From a virus (taxonomy: Duplodnaviria; Heunggongvirae; Uroviricota; Caudoviricetes): a DNA stretch of 7,093 nt. Below the pieces are notes generated by a model. The model had not been told where the DNA came from and ran no database searches. It saw only the letters and a program-made list of their open reading frames with translations. Positions 6,108 through 7,093 of this stretch are shown here, piece by piece; the first letter of the stretch is position 1, and the number at the start of each line of letters is the position of its first letter. The stretch lies in IMG/VR virus record IMGVR_UViG_2563366937_000008. The stretch is one strand, 5' to 3'. Position numbers and translations under genes: made by a program.

Positions 6108-6193
6108 TGTACCACGACTTTCATCCTGTTCTGACACCGCCTTTTCTTTTCTGCTCTACACTATCTACAGACCAATCATAAAGGCATACGACC

Positions 6194-7093
6194 ATGGCAG
6201 ATTTCCCCGCCAGCTTACTGATTCTTAACGGCAAAAGTACTGACAATGAAACATTACGCGAAGCAATTATGCTGCTGCGTGAGGAAGGAATGACTATCCA
6301 TGTGCGGGTTACCTGGGAGAAAGGTGATGCTGCGCGTTTTGTTGAGGAAGCCCGCCAGCTTGGCGTGGCAACGGTGATTGCCGGCGGTGGCGATGGCACT
6401 ATTAATGAAGTCTCCACGGCGTTGATTCAGTGTGAGGGCAATGAAATTCCTGCTTTGGGAATATTGCCGCTAGGTACAGCGAACGATTTTGCCACCAGTG
6501 TGGGTATTCCTGAGGCGCTGGATAAGGCACTTAAACTGGCAATTGCTGGTAACGCTATTGCAATTGATATGGCACAGGTCAACAAACAAACCTGTTTTAT
6601 CAACATGGCAACGGGCGGATTTGGAACACGCATCACCACCGAAACGCCAGAGAAATTAAAAGCCGCGCTGGGTGGCGTCTCTTACATCATTCACGGCTTA
6701 ATGCGCATGGATACGCTGCAACCGGATCGCTGTGAAATCCGTGGTGAAAATTTTCACTGGCAAGGCGATGCGCTGGTTATTGGTATTGGCAACGGGCGTC
6801 AGGCTGGTGGCGGTCAACAACTGTGCCCAAATGCGCTGATCAATGATGGTTTGTTACAACTGCGTATTTTCACCGGCGATGAAATTCTTCCAGCTCTCTT
6901 TTCAACCTTAAAACCTGACGAAGAAAATCCGAATATTATTGAAGGCGCTTCGGCATGGTTCGAAATACAAGCGCCTCATGAAATCACCTTTAATCTTGAT
7001 GGAGAACCGTTAAGCGGGCAACGTTTTCATATCGAAATACTTCCGGCAGCATTGCGTTGCCGGCTACCACCAGATTGCCCGTTATTGCGTTAA
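6194..7093 (+). CDS. yegS: Lipid kinase YegS (299 aa), host gene
   Basis: Complete ORF, ATG at 6194 and TAA at 7091..7093. Carries the GGDGT signature ([13 protein letters not shown]) of the DAGK catalytic domain. The sequence is recognisable as enterobacterial YegS. Confidence 0.9.
   Translation: MADFPASLLILNGKSTDNETLREAIMLLREEGMTIHVRVTWEKGDAARFVEEARQLGVATVIAGGGDGTINEVSTALIQCEGNEIPALGILPLGTANDFATSVGIPEALDKALKLAIAGNAIAIDMAQVNKQTCFINMATGGFGTRITTETPEKLKAALGGVSYIIHGLMRMDTLQPDRCEIRGENFHWQGDALVIGIGNGRQAGGGQQLCPNALINDGLLQLRIFTGDEILPALFSTLKPDEENPNIIEGASAWFEIQAPHEITFNLDGEPLSGQRFHIEILPAALRCRLPPDCPLLR

Noticed and set aside
6081-6108. att core read as a tRNA 3' end or as a functional terminator at this junction
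   Set aside because: There is no tRNA-like cloverleaf upstream. The upstream half of the sRNA terminator stem is replaced by phage sequence, so only the T-run remains; the intact sRNA gene would be at the other prophage end, outside this window.
6121-6639. Minus-strand ORFs 6121..6417 and 6427..6639
   Set aside because: They are antisense to yegS; low-complexity S/P/A-rich translations typical of antisense reading of a coding region.
1-7093. CRISPR arrays, IS elements or other transposases, rRNA/tRNA genes
   Set aside because: No repeat-spacer periodicity, no terminal inverted repeats flanking a transposase-like ORF, and no RNA gene signatures were seen anywhere in the window.

Overview
This window is the integrase-proximal end of an integrated P2-family temperate prophage (1..6107), joined to host DNA at a 27-bp attachment core (6081..6107) and followed by the complete host lipid kinase gene yegS (6194..7093). 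The phage part reads, right to left: tyrosine integrase (+), immunity repressor C (+), a face-to-face Pc/Pe switch with two direct-repeat operator half-sites, then the leftward early operon: cox, a small basic ORF, B, four small translationally coupled ORFs (one a TraR/DksA-type zinc finger), the rolling-circle initiator A, and the start of a further small ORF running off the left edge. Gene sizes (C 99 aa, Cox 91 aa, Int 337 aa, B 166 aa, A 761 aa) and the core sequence match what I remember of phage P2, but the small ORFs between B and A do not match the P2 orf80-83 sizes I recall, so I call it P2-family rather than P2. No rRNA, tRNA, CRISPR array or IS element was seen. I find no compelling evidence for a new multi-gene system inside this window. 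The items most worth a second look are the unassigned small ORFs between B and A, the junction next to yegS with no obvious terminator, and the left edge, which is where the variable cargo locus of P2-like phages begins. All homology statements are from memory and motif inspection; no database search was possible.
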